A DNA stretch of 64,000 bases. It comes from Desulfobacterales bacterium. Lineage in GTDB: Bacteria; Desulfobacterota; Desulfobacteria; Desulfobacterales; UBA5616. Location: the NCBI GenBank assembly GCA_046483495.1, contig JAWODC010000015.1:1-64000 (forward strand), read 5' to 3'. Of this stretch, positions 41,369 through 51,839 are shown piece after piece (positions within the stretch are counted from its first letter, which is position 1; the number at the start of each line of letters is the position of its first letter). Below the pieces are notes generated by a model that was given only the letters and a program-made list of their open reading frames with translations, ran no database searches and was not told where the DNA came from. Both the position numbers and the translations under genes were made by a program.

Positions 41369-42955
41369 TCAAGATCTTGTTTTTGGACCGGGTGCAAGGA
41401 AATTTATAATGACCAAACCGGCGGCAATCGCCGTGCATATCCGGGCAAAAAGGTCTCCAAACCGGGTGTAAAACGTTTTTTCATGGATCAACGGCACCGA
41501 AAAAGATGCTGTTGCGTCTACGTACAGTCCGGTTTTTCCGTTGGCGCGTCCCGTGGGGTCAATGAAACCGCTGATGCCCGTATTGGCGCTGCGGACCAGG
41601 GAGCGCCGGTTTTCAACGGCCCTGAATACCGCCTTTGAAAAATGCTGGTATGGTGCGCCTGTCCTTCCATACCAGGCATCATTAGTTATGTTCAACAGCA
41701 GGGAAGCACCGTTTTTCGTCGCGGCACGGGACAAATCAGGAAAAATAATTTCATAACAGATTAGAATCCCGAGGCGCTCCTGTTGCCAGACCAGGGTCGT
41801 TCCTTTTTCACCCCCCTCAAAATCCCCGATGTGCTCCACAATTTTTCCAACGAACGGAATCCATTTCCTCAAGGGGACATATTCACCGAATGGAACGAGG
41901 TGCACCTTGTCATACTTTCCGGCGATGCTTTTGTCCGGCTGAACCAAATAAGCACTGTTATAGTACCGCACGCCTTGTTGCCGGTCATAGGAGAAGGAAG
42001 GGCTTCCAATCAGAAAATCGCTGCCGGCCGCCGAGATGCCGTGCAAAACCATTTCGGTAAGCGCCCGTGAAACAGGGTCCTTATCATAAAGGAAATAAAA
42101 TGGAGCGGCTGTTTCAGGCCATACGATGAGATCGGGGTTTTCCGGTTTTGCCGAGAGGGACAGATCGATGTATTTCCGGGTGGTAGCCATCTGAAAACGA
42201 TCGTCCCATTTAATATTTTGATCGATGTTGCCCTGGACGGCGACCACGGTCTTGTGGGGAGCTGCTGTCATCCATCCGTTCACCCGGTCAAGCCGAACGT
42301 CACCGTAAATGAGAACCAATACCAAAGCCCCGGTGGTTGCTGTCGAGAGGAGGGCTGTCCCGGAAAAAGACATTTTTCCGGTTCGATCTTCGGCCCCTAT
42401 GCGGCGAACCAGCATGACGATCAGCCCGTTTACGGCCGCTATGACAAAAGAGACCCCGTATACCCCCGTAATATCGGAAATCTGGATTAAGTGCAGGTTT
42501 TCAGACTGAGAATATCCCAACAGCGCCCAGGGAAACCCGGACAGCAAAAAAGACCGGACATATTCCAGAAAAACCCAGAGTGTTGGAATGAGCAAAAACA
42601 TCACAACCGGTCTCATGCGTGAAGTGGAAACAGCGGCGCAGAAAACGCCGATAAACAACGAAAGGAAAAATGCGAGCAGAAGCATGATGGGGATGCTCAA
42701 GGCCCAGGGAAGATGACCGTAAGTATGGATCGTAAAGGCCAGCCAATACATCAACGACACATAATGCGTCAGGCCCGCCAAAACGCCAAGGCGAAAACTG
42801 TTGAACACGGTTTGGCGAACAGCGGCTGTCAGCAGCGGCACCAAGGCCGCCCAGGCAACCCAGTGCATGCCGATCGGGGGAAATGCAGCCGTCAAGAGCA
42901 GTCCGCTGAAAACGGCTGAAACGATCTGATATTTTTCGATGAAAATGGGCTTCAA
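41369..42955 (-). CDS. lnt: Apolipoprotein N-acyltransferase
   Basis: GFPW..LGYSQ, QGNI, WPE, KVHLVPFGEY, ICYE, TNDAW, ANTGIS. Confidence 0.95.
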   Translation of the reverse strand: MKPIFIEKYQIVSAVFSGLLLTAAFPPIGMHWVAWAALVPLLTAAVRQTVFNSFRLGVLAGLTHYVSLMYWLAFTIHTYGHLPWALSIPIMLLLAFFLSLFIGVFCAAVSTSRMRPVVMFLLIPTLWVFLEYVRSFLLSGFPWALLGYSQSENLHLIQISDITGVYGVSFVIAAVNGLIVMLVRRIGAEDRTGKMSFSGTALLSTATTGALVLVLIYGDVRLDRVNGWMTAAPHKTVVAVQGNIDQNIKWDDRFQMATTRKYIDLSLSAKPENPDLIVWPETAAPFYFLYDKDPVSRALTEMVLHGISAAGSDFLIGSPSFSYDRQQGVRYYNSAYLVQPDKSIAGKYDKVHLVPFGEYVPLRKWIPFVGKIVEHIGDFEGGEKGTTLVWQQERLGILICYEIIFPDLSRAATKNGASLLLNITNDAWYGRTGAPYQHFSKAVFRAVENRRSLVRSANTGISGFIDPTGRANGKTGLYVDATASFSVPLIHEKTFYTRFGDLFARICTAIAAGLVIINFLAPGPKTRS

Positions 42956-43116
42956 TGATCCAATTACGGGTTCGATACCGATCCTCTGTTACAAATTTCG
43001 ATATGATAATCAGCACTCGTCAGGCTGTCAATACCGGAGATGCCGGCGCTTCGCCCGCATCGCCTGTGAATTTTCCACGGTCAATCCTATCATGATCGGG
43101 ACCTGGACCTACATGG

Positions 43117-44995
43117 ATCGGGTAGGGAGGAGGCTCGCGCCTCCCACCTCCCACACCACCGGGCATACGGTTCCGTACCACGGCGGTTCATGTGCCGCGT
43201 TGAAGCCTGCGGAGTTGATCTTGCAGTGACACGAGTCCAAGTGCATCAAAGAACTTCTTCGGGAACGCCTCGTTCATGTGCGAGGCCCCGGAGTTCCACC
43301 AGGGACCACGTCCGCTGGTGGCCGATCTCCAGGCCCGTTCTTCCGGGAGTCCCCGCCGCATCAGGTTCTTTGCCCGCGCGTAGGAGCGTTTCCACTGACG
43401 CCAGAGGATGTTGCGCAACTTGCGCCGTATCCATCCGTCGAACTCATCGAAAACGCCTCGCACTTCCGCCAGCTTGAAGTAGTTCATCCAGCCTCTCAGC
43501 TTCGGCGCAAGGGTGGCTATCGTGGACTTGAGCGAGCGTCCCCGCCCCCGCCGGAACTCCTCGCGCAACGCCTCCTTCATGCGTTTGACCACGCTTGGCG
43601 CGACTTTCAGCCGCGGCCGCATGTGGACCGTCATGGAGTAGCCGAGGAACTTCCGGTTCCACGGGCGGTCAACCGCGCTCTTGGCCGCGTTGACCCTCAA
43701 TTTCAACCGCACTGTCAGAAACCGGGTGATCGAGGCCATGACCCGCTCGCCCGAGCGCCGCGACCGCACGTAGATGTTGCAGTCATCGGCGTACCGGCAG
43801 AAGGCGTGGCCCCTGCGTTCCAGCTCCTTGTCCAGGTCGTCCAGGAGGATGTTGGTCAAGAGCGGCGAGAGCGGCCCGCCCTGGGGCGTGCCCTCCATCC
43901 GCTGCGAAACGGCGCCCCCCGTCATCAGCCCCGCTTGCAGGTACCGCCGGATGAGGCCCGGCACCCGCTTGTCCTCGACCTTGCGGGCCACCCGCGCCAT
44001 GAGCACGTCGTGGTTCACCCGGTCGAAGAACTTCTCGAGGTCCATGTCAACGATCCATCGCCGTCCCGCGGCGACATGCTCCCGCGCCTGTTGCACGGCC
44101 TGATGCGCACTTCGACCGGGGCGGAAACCGTAGCTGGATTCCGAAAAGCCGGGATCGAAAATGGGGGTCAACACCTGCTGCAACGCCTGCTGGATCAGGC
44201 GGTCCATGGCCGTCGGGATGCCCAATTGACGCACCCCGCCACCCGGCTTGGGGATTTCCACCCCCAGAACGGGTTGCGGCGCATAACGCCCCGCCAGCAG
44301 GTCTTCCTTGATTTCGGGCCAGTGCTGCTTGCAGTGCCCCCAGACGTCTTCAACTCGCATGCCGTCGACGCCCGGAGCGCCCTTGTTGGCGCGCACGCGC
44401 TTATAGGCCCTGAGCATGTTCTCGCGTCCGACCACCGCGTCCATCAGCCTCTGCCGCTCCGGATGGGAGTGATCCATCGTTGCCGTGGCGCTTGACGCAC
44501 CGCCGCCGTACTCTCGGGGATTCCGCCCCCTACCCTCCGGCGTGGCGGCGGGCATCCCGTCCCGCCTTTCTGCGTCTCCATTCACCATCGAAACTCCGGG
44601 CTCCTGTCCCGTGACACATGTTCAGGCCTTCGGCCCGGTCGGCGGACCTACTATGCCCTCTGCTGACTTCTGCCCGCCCATCCCGACGCCTTGCGACGCC
44701 GGTAGCACATGGCAGGCGGACAGACCTCCCCGGGTAATGCGCACCCACCTTCACGCTTATGCCCGCCGCATCTACGTCCGCGCCTTCCGTACAAGTATGG
44801 GGCTTTGGAGATATTGGACTCCTCACCCGGCGCGACCGCCTCGTATGCGATTCCTGTTCGTCAGGCCAGCGCTTTGCCTTCGGCTTCCTTCAGACCCCGC
44901 CTCGCGACGACGCCCTTGCCGTTCAGCTAACAGTTCCCCTTGTCGGGCCTGTAGAGGACTTACACCTCCAAGTGAGTGCGCCCTGCCGGGCGCAC
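43117..44995 (-). mobile_element. Group II intron, class IIC
   Basis: 5' GTGCG at 44995; domain V (gaaccgccgtggtacggaaccgtatgcccggtgg) and domain VI ending ctacccgAT at 43117; RT ORF; inserted right after a terminator U-tract; GC-rich versus flanks. Confidence 0.92.
43188..44588 (-). CDS. ltrA: Group II intron reverse transcriptase/maturase
   Basis: [48 protein letters not shown], domain X; no endonuclease domain. Confidence 0.95.
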   Translation of the reverse strand: MVNGDAERRDGMPAATPEGRGRNPREYGGGASSATATMDHSHPERQRLMDAVVGRENMLRAYKRVRANKGAPGVDGMRVEDVWGHCKQHWPEIKEDLLAGRYAPQPVLGVEIPKPGGGVRQLGIPTAMDRLIQQALQQVLTPIFDPGFSESSYGFRPGRSAHQAVQQAREHVAAGRRWIVDMDLEKFFDRVNHDVLMARVARKVEDKRVPGLIRRYLQAGLMTGGAVSQRMEGTPQGGPLSPLLTNILLDDLDKELERRGHAFCRYADDCNIYVRSRRSGERVMASITRFLTVRLKLRVNAAKSAVDRPWNRKFLGYSMTVHMRPRLKVAPSVVKRMKEALREEFRRGRGRSLKSTIATLAPKLRGWMNYFKLAEVRGVFDEFDGWIRRKLRNILWRQWKRSYARAKNLMRRGLPEERAWRSATSGRGPWWNSGASHMNEAFPKKFFDALGLVSLQDQLRRLQRGT

Positions 44996-44996
44996 C

Positions 44997-45037
44997 AAAA
45001 AAAAAGGGGTGCCGCCTGCTTTTTACAGCGGCACCCC
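44997..45037 (-). terminator. Rho-independent terminator of the DUF1329 gene (intron target)
   Basis: ggggtgccgc...gcggcacccc stem followed by a T-tract on the minus strand, abutting the intron 5' end. Confidence 0.85.
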
Positions 45038-45076
45038 CGGGTGTTTAACCTTGGTTGATTTCTGCTGCGATTCCGA

Positions 45077-46297
45077 TTAGAAATTGGAGCCAAGCGCCCC
45101 TGGTGAAAATCGCTCTTTGATCATGGGTGCATCGGCCGTTACCGTCCACAGCAGATTCTGGCTCCAGAAATTATTCTTCAGATCGCTCAAGGAAGACGAG
45201 CACTGGGTCCAGGCCGGTTCGCCCTTGGCCGTGTCATAATTGACGATGCAATTGATGCAGCCCTTCCACAGATTCCCCTGCTTGTCATACACATGTGCGT
45301 ACATGACATGATAGGTTTCTTTTTCGATATACAGGGTTTTCTTTTCTTCCGGATGACGCGAGTTGTTGGGAACGACATCGACGATCCAGAAATCCCGGAG
45401 CTCGTAAGGATCCGAAGGACCGCTGACAACCGGATGAGGATACCCATGCTCGTATTTTGTTCCCGGGACACACTTTGTCTGCTGATTCATCAGGGCCAGC
45501 AACTTCGTCTCGCCGACCAGTTTCGGCGTCCATTCCGAGAGTTTTCCATCGAACCCGTAAAAATCATCCCATGTAAACGGCGTTCCCCGGACCGGGTTTG
45601 CCCGTTCGCTGGAAACCATTCTAAGCGTCCGGCGCAGGGTCGGCACATAGGTCCACATGTCGTCGTTTTTGAAGGGATCCTCGTACCGCCACGTCAGGGT
45701 GACCATATCCTTGTTCGGTGGAGTCCTCGAATTTAGAAGCAGCGCGGAAAAAAGGTCTTCACGGTTTGGGAGAACCGGTTTGGGATCTACCGCGGTTCGA
45801 TGCGTGTAAAACAGCATGTCGATCTGTGAAAGGGCGCTGCTGATGGGTCCTCCTTTGCGTTGAGAGGTGTACCAGTACCCGTCGTTGTAGGAAAAGCCGT
45901 CCGATCGCCACCGGTAATAGTGATTCCACATGATTTTCCAGGCCCTGTTCGGCTCTTTCACTTCCGGAAACGGCAATCCTGCCACCAGGTTCTCGGGAGT
46001 ATTGTCGGCATTCAGTGTAACCTTGCCGATATTTTTCTGGCTGGCGTCAAGGTACTTTTGCGGCATCTCCACATTGGTTTTCTCCCTGACATGAATCGCG
46101 ACTGGATCGACAATCCCCCAGCCATCCTCGATGTATCCTTGCATGATGGTGGGGAAATAGTCCTTGTACTGATCGATATTCGACGCATCGATCACATCGC
46201 CGGGTTTCGGCTCTGCACTGAATGCGGTGCCTGTAAGGACAAAACCAAACACCGCCAAAACAGCAACTAAGGGGTAAAAAGCTCGTTTAAAACTCAT
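45077..46297 (-). CDS. DUF1329-family exported protein, paralog 1
   Basis: Signal peptide, VIDASN, GLPFP, KIMWNH, WTYVPTLRR..R, DDFYGF, YDKQGNLWK; AGGAGG RBS. Confidence 0.85.
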   Translation of the reverse strand: MSFKRAFYPLVAVLAVFGFVLTGTAFSAEPKPGDVIDASNIDQYKDYFPTIMQGYIEDGWGIVDPVAIHVREKTNVEMPQKYLDASQKNIGKVTLNADNTPENLVAGLPFPEVKEPNRAWKIMWNHYYRWRSDGFSYNDGYWYTSQRKGGPISSALSQIDMLFYTHRTAVDPKPVLPNREDLFSALLLNSRTPPNKDMVTLTWRYEDPFKNDDMWTYVPTLRRTLRMVSSERANPVRGTPFTWDDFYGFDGKLSEWTPKLVGETKLLALMNQQTKCVPGTKYEHGYPHPVVSGPSDPYELRDFWIVDVVPNNSRHPEEKKTLYIEKETYHVMYAHVYDKQGNLWKGCINCIVNYDTAKGEPAWTQCSSSLSDLKNNFWSQNLLWTVTADAPMIKERFSPGALGSNF

Positions 46298-46578
46298 CTT
46301 AAAAAAACCTCCTAAAGACGTAAGGGTTAAACACGCCGTCCGGTTCAAGGCGGGTAACCGTAGACCGGACAATTTAAAAACATATCAAAGAATTGATTGG
46401 ATGTAAAAACAATATCCCATTCAATATCATCATTCAAAATGTTATGATGCCGAAAATTAAGATACTGAATAAAATTTAACGGGTAAATAATATTCCGGCA
46501 TGGAAAATGTCAACAGGATTTTTCAGGGTTTTCTTTTTCAAAAACTAAACGTGCATGCCGATCAGGCAATGGTTCGTG

Positions 46579-46724
46579 AGCGCCCATCCGGAAATGAGAA
46601 AATTCGATTCCGTTCAAAGCGGCCCTGAAAGTATAACCGCATAAATACATTCAATATTTTGAGGATTATAGTTTGCCGGCCAACGCCGAAATAGAGCGAA
46701 TCATCCCATTTCTGAATGGGCACT
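46579..46724. repeat. Palindromic ~145-bp MITE/REP-like element, copy D (inverted relative to C and E)
   Basis: Ends agcgcccatccggaaatg / catttctgaatgggcact; aligns with the reverse complement of copies C and E. Confidence 0.85.
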
Positions 46725-46767
46725 GGTGAACCGCTGAAAATGCTGTGCCGGCAGCTTAAAATATATC

Positions 46768-46795
46768 TTGACCCTGACAAAAAGCGTGTGATAAT
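46768..46795 (+). promoter_or_regulatory. Probable sigma-70 promoter of tRNA-Thr
   Basis: TTGACC-N16-GATAAT, 16 nt before the tRNA. Confidence 0.55.
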
Positions 46796-46811
46796 GGACG
46801 GCATACCCAGC

Positions 46812-46887
46812 GCCGGCGTAGCTCAGTCGGTAGAGCAGCTGATTCGTAATCAGCAGGTAGTCGGTTCGAATCCGACCGCCGGCTCCA
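46812..46887 (+). tRNA. tRNA-Thr (CGT)
   Basis: 76-nt cloverleaf, anticodon loop ttCGTaa, TTCGAAT T-loop, encoded CCA. Confidence 0.97.
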
Positions 46888-46895
46888 GAAAGAAG

Positions 46896-46938
46896 AAACC
46901 ATTTCAGGCCTCTCGGCCGAAATGGTTTTTGGTTTTTT
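46896..46938 (+). terminator. Terminator after tRNA-Thr
   Basis: aaaccatttc-aggcctctcggcc-gaaatggttt followed by T-tracts. Confidence 0.75.
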
Positions 46939-47799
46939 GAGTCAAATGGATCGATTCATGCCGATACGTGGACTTCACGTCCCGAGCAAGCGACGGACCA
47001 CCCGCCGAGGCGATCAGCCAAGGCGGTTTCTTTTTTGATTCGTGTAAATTCGTGGATAATTTTTTTGCCTGCTCAACGTGAGCGCAGCCAACGGGCAGAC
47101 CACGACTTCCTTTTGCTTATCGCATAAAGATTTTTCAGGTCCGGCCCAACCGACGGGCCAATTGGGCCCGAAACGGGTTGTTGATCCGGCTTGGTTTTTC
47201 TTTCTCTTTCTGCAGAATTGGAATGAAAATACGGCCCGGAATTTTTTTTCGGCAGGCATTATAATGAGTGAGGTTTTCAGCGGTATGTGATCCCATTAAG
47301 CCATTTGAGCCCTTTATAAGCCCTTTTGTTATCAGCTATATTCTTGAAAGAATGCCCCTTTATCCCCTTTATGTCCCTTTTTTTTTAAAAGAATATGACA
47401 TTTCGGGTTTCCTTGCCTTTTTCCGATTGTTTTCCAATTGTCCTGTTTGTCCTGTTTACAACACAAGACATTTGGACATTCCGGCCGGGTAGCCGGACTT
47501 TTAGCGCAAAACACCCCCCGCTGCACGCTTCTAAGATCCCACAAATCACCGTTGCTTTCTTTAGGATCTGGTGATTTTTGCAAGATATATGCACTTGAAT
47601 TTTATTTTATTTCTGCCCCTCTCTTCTTTTCTGCTTGAAATCAGCCCGGTATTTGGGTAAATCGGTTGACATTCATGCACTTGTCGAAAAAGGAATCGTT
47701 TCGATGTTCCGCCCGCTGCTTTCCGGTGATTGCTGCCGCTACATGAAATGAATTCAGGTGAGGATCGCCCTAACCGCGATGTTATCATCAGGCAATGCC

Positions 47800-48123
47800 A
47801 TGCAATACTGGTTGTATCTCATCAGCGCCATTTTACTGGAGGTGGCGGGAACCACCTCGATGAAGCTGTCTGACGGTTTTACGAAACCGATCCCTTCCAT
47901 ATTTCTGTTCGTGTTCTATGCCGCTTCATTTGTCGCGCTTACCTTTGCGTTGAAGCGAATCGAGGTCGGGGTCGCCTATGCCGTTTGGTCCGGTGTCGGC
48001 ACGGCCCTTATCGCCATAATCGGGATCATCTTTTTTCGTGAGACGATCACCGCTTTGAAATGCATCAGCCTCATGCTGATTATCCTGGGCGTGGTCGGCC
48101 TTAATTTAAGCGGCACGTCCTGA
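47800..48123 (+). CDS. SMR-family multidrug efflux transporter (Qac-like)
   Basis: AILLEVAGTTSMKLSDGF, AYAVWSGVG, four TM helices. Confidence 0.92.
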   Translation: MQYWLYLISAILLEVAGTTSMKLSDGFTKPIPSIFLFVFYAASFVALTFALKRIEVGVAYAVWSGVGTALIAIIGIIFFRETITALKCISLMLIILGVVGLNLSGTS

Positions 48124-48175
48124 AAATCGGCGCCTTTAGCTGAACCGAAGGATCTCCTTTTTAAACGGGTACGGT

Positions 48176-50218
48176 TTATACAAGATCCCGCGGAATCGTT
48201 TTGTTCCAGTTTCTTGAAAAAACCCGCTCCTCTCTTTCATACGCATCCAATGCGGCGTGAATACGGAAAGTGTGGCTGTTCGAAGTGAGAATGGTTCGTG
48301 TGATGGTTGCGACATGCCAGTCTTTTCGGCGAATTTCCCGTCGGCAGTAGGTTTCTCCTTTCACGGAATCCGGATCATCGTCGTGTATTGAATAGGATTC
48401 CGTTACCCGGCTTTTGACTTCTGTTCCAATGGACTTGATTTTATATGTACCCCAGTCATCCACGACTTCAAGTGTAGATACATCCGACGACAAGTCCCGA
48501 ATCACCCGCCAGGACCGCTCAGGAGGCTCAGACCGGCTGACCGGTTCCATGGGAGCCGATTTCGGCTGTTGCACCGGTGTCGCATTCTCGTCTTTTTTGT
48601 CCACAGGGCGTACCGGAAGAATCAAGGTGCTGTTCTCGATGTAAAGCGTCAGAGTGGTCCGTTCCGGAGGAGTCCAGGCCAAGGGCCAATAGGACGTTGA
48701 AAGGGAAATGCGCAACCGGTGCCCCCGAGGAAACGTTTGAGCGATATAGTTGAGTCTTACTCGAACACGATACCGTTTGCCCGGCTCCAAGGGCTCAGGA
48801 AACTCATGGCTTTCCCGATGTGTCAAGTTCAGCAGCCCGTAGGTCACGCGGGTGGCCGGCCCATCCGGGAGAACGTCTGAAAGGCGGACGGCAACCATCG
48901 CAACCGGACTGTCCGACGAAAGTTCCAGATCCACTATCGGAGCGCCCAAAATTTCCAGATCTTTTTCAAGGGCTTCCGTAGTAAAGCTGTTTACCCGGCC
49001 TTCAAAAACAAGGGCGCCTCCGTCCTCCTCCCGCTGATCGCCCGGCAGATCGGGCGGCGCGGCATATGAACACCATTTGCCCGCAAATAACCCAAGCCGC
49101 AGCGGAGATCGAAAGGATACGGTGCCCGGTCCGGCGGATTCGTTTTCAGGCGTCAACTGCAAATGGGAAAACGCATACCGCTCCATATGAATTCGTTCGG
49201 ACGGCCAGGTCTTCTCTGCAATCCACCGTCCGGGACGCATATCGTATTCGGCTCGGGGCGGGATGCTGTCCAATATCCATACCCTTAGCATAGGCTCTTT
49301 TTCCACCCCGTTTTCCTTTCCTTTAAGCCACCGGTCCCACCACCGAAGACACTCCTGCAGAAACCCGATGGCCGGCCCAGGAACGCCTGTATGTGGATAT
49401 TTGTGGCTCCAGGGACCGATCAATCCATGGCGGGGGACGGTCAACCCTTCCAGAAGCCGGAACACGGCATTGGAATAGCCGTCCGCCCATCCGCTCACCG
49501 CCATGACCGGACATTCAACAGCGGAAAAATCTTCACAAATCGAGCCGTGTTTCCAGAATTCATCCCGCCGCTGGTGCCGCAGCCAGTCTTCGAGCCACAA
49601 TCCGCTCTCCTCCAGCCGTCGTCGCCACATGCCGCGCCACTTATCGCCTACGATAACAGGGTCAGGAGGCTGCGCATTCCTTGCAAACATGAGGGATGCC
49701 CAGGAAAGATTATCTCCAAGCATGCAGCCGCCCATATAATGGACATCATCGGAGTACCTGTCGTCTGTGGAACAGACGGAAATCACGGCTTTGAGCTGGG
49801 GCGGCTTTAGAGCGGCGATCTGCAACCCGTTGAATCCTCCCCAGGAGATGCCGAACATCCCCACCGAACCATTGCACCAGGGCTGAGCGGCGATCCATTC
49901 CAGGATGGCCAAGCCGTCCTCCAGTTCCCGGGTCAGATACTCGCCGGTTAATACGCCTTCGGAATCGCCGGAGCCTCGGATGTCCACGCGAACACAAGCG
50001 TATCCATGACCGGCAAAATAGCCGTGGTTTGCATTATCCCTGTTTCGTGTATCGTCCCTCTTCCGGTAAGGAATGTATTCCAGTACAGCCGGTACAGGGT
50101 CTTTTCTCGCCCCCTCGGGTATCCAAATCCTGGCCGCCAGCCGAATCCCGTCCGGCATAGTAATCCACGTGTTTTCTATAACTCTCACTTTTCGGGGGAG
50201 GTCTTTAACGATCTTCAT
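48176..50218 (-). CDS. CocE/NonD family hydrolase (peptidase S15)
   Basis: MPDGIRLAARIW, EYIPYRK, VDIRGSGDSEG, GISWGG nucleophile elbow, GPWSH, PepX-like C-terminal domain. Confidence 0.9.
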   Translation of the reverse strand: MKIVKDLPRKVRVIENTWITMPDGIRLAARIWIPEGARKDPVPAVLEYIPYRKRDDTRNRDNANHGYFAGHGYACVRVDIRGSGDSEGVLTGEYLTRELEDGLAILEWIAAQPWCNGSVGMFGISWGGFNGLQIAALKPPQLKAVISVCSTDDRYSDDVHYMGGCMLGDNLSWASLMFARNAQPPDPVIVGDKWRGMWRRRLEESGLWLEDWLRHQRRDEFWKHGSICEDFSAVECPVMAVSGWADGYSNAVFRLLEGLTVPRHGLIGPWSHKYPHTGVPGPAIGFLQECLRWWDRWLKGKENGVEKEPMLRVWILDSIPPRAEYDMRPGRWIAEKTWPSERIHMERYAFSHLQLTPENESAGPGTVSFRSPLRLGLFAGKWCSYAAPPDLPGDQREEDGGALVFEGRVNSFTTEALEKDLEILGAPIVDLELSSDSPVAMVAVRLSDVLPDGPATRVTYGLLNLTHRESHEFPEPLEPGKRYRVRVRLNYIAQTFPRGHRLRISLSTSYWPLAWTPPERTTLTLYIENSTLILPVRPVDKKDENATPVQQPKSAPMEPVSRSEPPERSWRVIRDLSSDVSTLEVVDDWGTYKIKSIGTEVKSRVTESYSIHDDDPDSVKGETYCRREIRRKDWHVATITRTILTSNSHTFRIHAALDAYEREERVFSRNWNKTIPRDLV

Positions 50219-51516
50219 GATTCTGCCTCGTCGATTTCAAAATCGAGCATATCGATGCACTGCCTGTAGTTTTCCATCAGCGTTTCGTCATCCTCGGCCC
50301 CCATGTAAATCACTGCCAGTCGATAACTGTATGCGTCCTGATTTTCCAACTCGGACAATCGTTGGCCCGGTTCGACTTCCACCAGCACGATAGTCCCCGG
50401 GAAGGTTTCCCGTACTTTTTTGATCTGCGCCTCATCGGGCACCCGAATCACGGTTCCATTCGTAAAAACCCTGTGCTGCAACTTAGACGCCGTACGATAC
50501 CGTCCGCGCCCCCGGGGGATTTCGGGTTTTTGACCGGTGGCGATATCCACGAGCACCTGGTGATTGGAGGCCCCTTCCACCTTGGCGTAAAGGTCGGCAT
50601 GGGACTGGGAAATTCGGGTGTTTATTTCCAGCAGTTTCGTCGTGTCACGGTCACGGTCGTAAAGAAATTCGATATTGAATGGGGAATTGTCGAATCCGAT
50701 CCGTGCCATGATGTTGGTTGATATTTCGGCCATCCGCAGCTTCAATTCCTCAGGCTGTTCCGAAGGATACCGGTAGCGCAGAAAACTGTGGAATTCACTG
50801 TAATAAAGGGAATCCACCAGGCCGTAGCTGTGGATATCCCCGCCGAATACATAACCGGACAGGGTGCATTGGTCGCCTGACAGGATTTCCTCGGCAACAC
50901 ACCAATGGCCGTCCACTTCGGCTACTTCCGCCGGCAGTTCGATTTGGGAGAGAAAAAAATTAAACGGTTCGGCAAATCGTCCGATCTTGTCCCGGATATC
51001 TTCGATCGCGCAGTTGAACTGCTCCCTGTTTTCGATTCTGAAACCCAGCCAGGAGCTGTGCGCCTTCACCGGCTTGAGCCAGAAGGGAAATGCAACATCC
51101 ACCGTAGAAAACGGATCGTCGGCAAACGGGTTTACCGGACTGACAGCCGGCACGTGGTGACCGAGCCACTTGGTCTGCTCCAAACGGCTCCAGTACTTGT
51201 GTTCACATTTTAAAGCGCTCTCGAGGGTCGGGCCGACCGTGCCGAATCGCTCGCTCAACAAGGGGACCATCAGGCTGACCGGAAAATCCCAGAAACCGAT
51301 GATGGCGTCGATGGACCCGTCAAAAGCATCGAGTTCATCGGCGGCTTTCCGGAACATCGCTTCCATGTCATAGTGCCCGGATTTCGTCACTTCCTCCACA
51401 TCGAGAAGCTTATGAAACGTGAAACGGTCTGCATGATGAATGGTTTTCAACTCTCCCAGGTTATGATCGTCAAGCCCCACCACAAAAATGTTTTTCGACT
51501 TCGCTGATATCGCCAT
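50215..51516 (-). CDS. ATP-grasp domain protein
   Basis: CEHKYWSR, FPFWLKPVK, AEE, NIEF, LLEINTR; stop overlaps the CocE start (ATGA). Confidence 0.85.
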   Translation of the reverse strand: MAISAKSKNIFVVGLDDHNLGELKTIHHADRFTFHKLLDVEEVTKSGHYDMEAMFRKAADELDAFDGSIDAIIGFWDFPVSLMVPLLSERFGTVGPTLESALKCEHKYWSRLEQTKWLGHHVPAVSPVNPFADDPFSTVDVAFPFWLKPVKAHSSWLGFRIENREQFNCAIEDIRDKIGRFAEPFNFFLSQIELPAEVAEVDGHWCVAEEILSGDQCTLSGYVFGGDIHSYGLVDSLYYSEFHSFLRYRYPSEQPEELKLRMAEISTNIMARIGFDNSPFNIEFLYDRDRDTTKLLEINTRISQSHADLYAKVEGASNHQVLVDIATGQKPEIPRGRGRYRTASKLQHRVFTNGTVIRVPDEAQIKKVRETFPGTIVLVEVEPGQRLSELENQDAYSYRLAVIYMGAEDDETLMENYRQCIDMLDFEIDEAES

Positions 51517-51839
51517 ATGCTGTTCCTCCTTATCTTTCATTTCTCCGGGTCGATATGGCCCTTGAAGCGCATTCAGGCGGCACCGGCGAATCGCCCATGC
51601 CCTCTTCACGAATGCCGAACGTCAGTTGATCGCCTTGTCGCCTCGACACGGACAGTCAGCATCAACGTAATAATACAATACAGGATTTGTCCTTTTAAAC
51701 GTATAAGGTCCAGCATGTATTTCAGGGAAAAAACCGTGATGAGAAGGGCGCCGACGGAGGCGGTATGCCGATGTGTATAAAAGCCATGTGGGGAAGGGTA
51801 CGTCAAGCAGCTTTCCGCTTATTCAAAGCTCCCGGATTT

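Noticed and set aside
43278..44495. 405-aa plus-strand ORF and other long antisense ORFs (40002-41036, 60384-61388, 6437-7375)
   Set aside because: Shadow frames opposite well-supported genes, with no motifs
43188..44588. Retron, DGR or defence RT
   Set aside because: Domain X, intron domains V/VI and GTGCG...AT boundaries identify a group II intron
47640..47800. Guanidine riboswitch ahead of the SMR gene
   Set aside because: No paired ACGR hairpins or ykkC consensus seen; the protein looks Qac-type rather than Gdx-type
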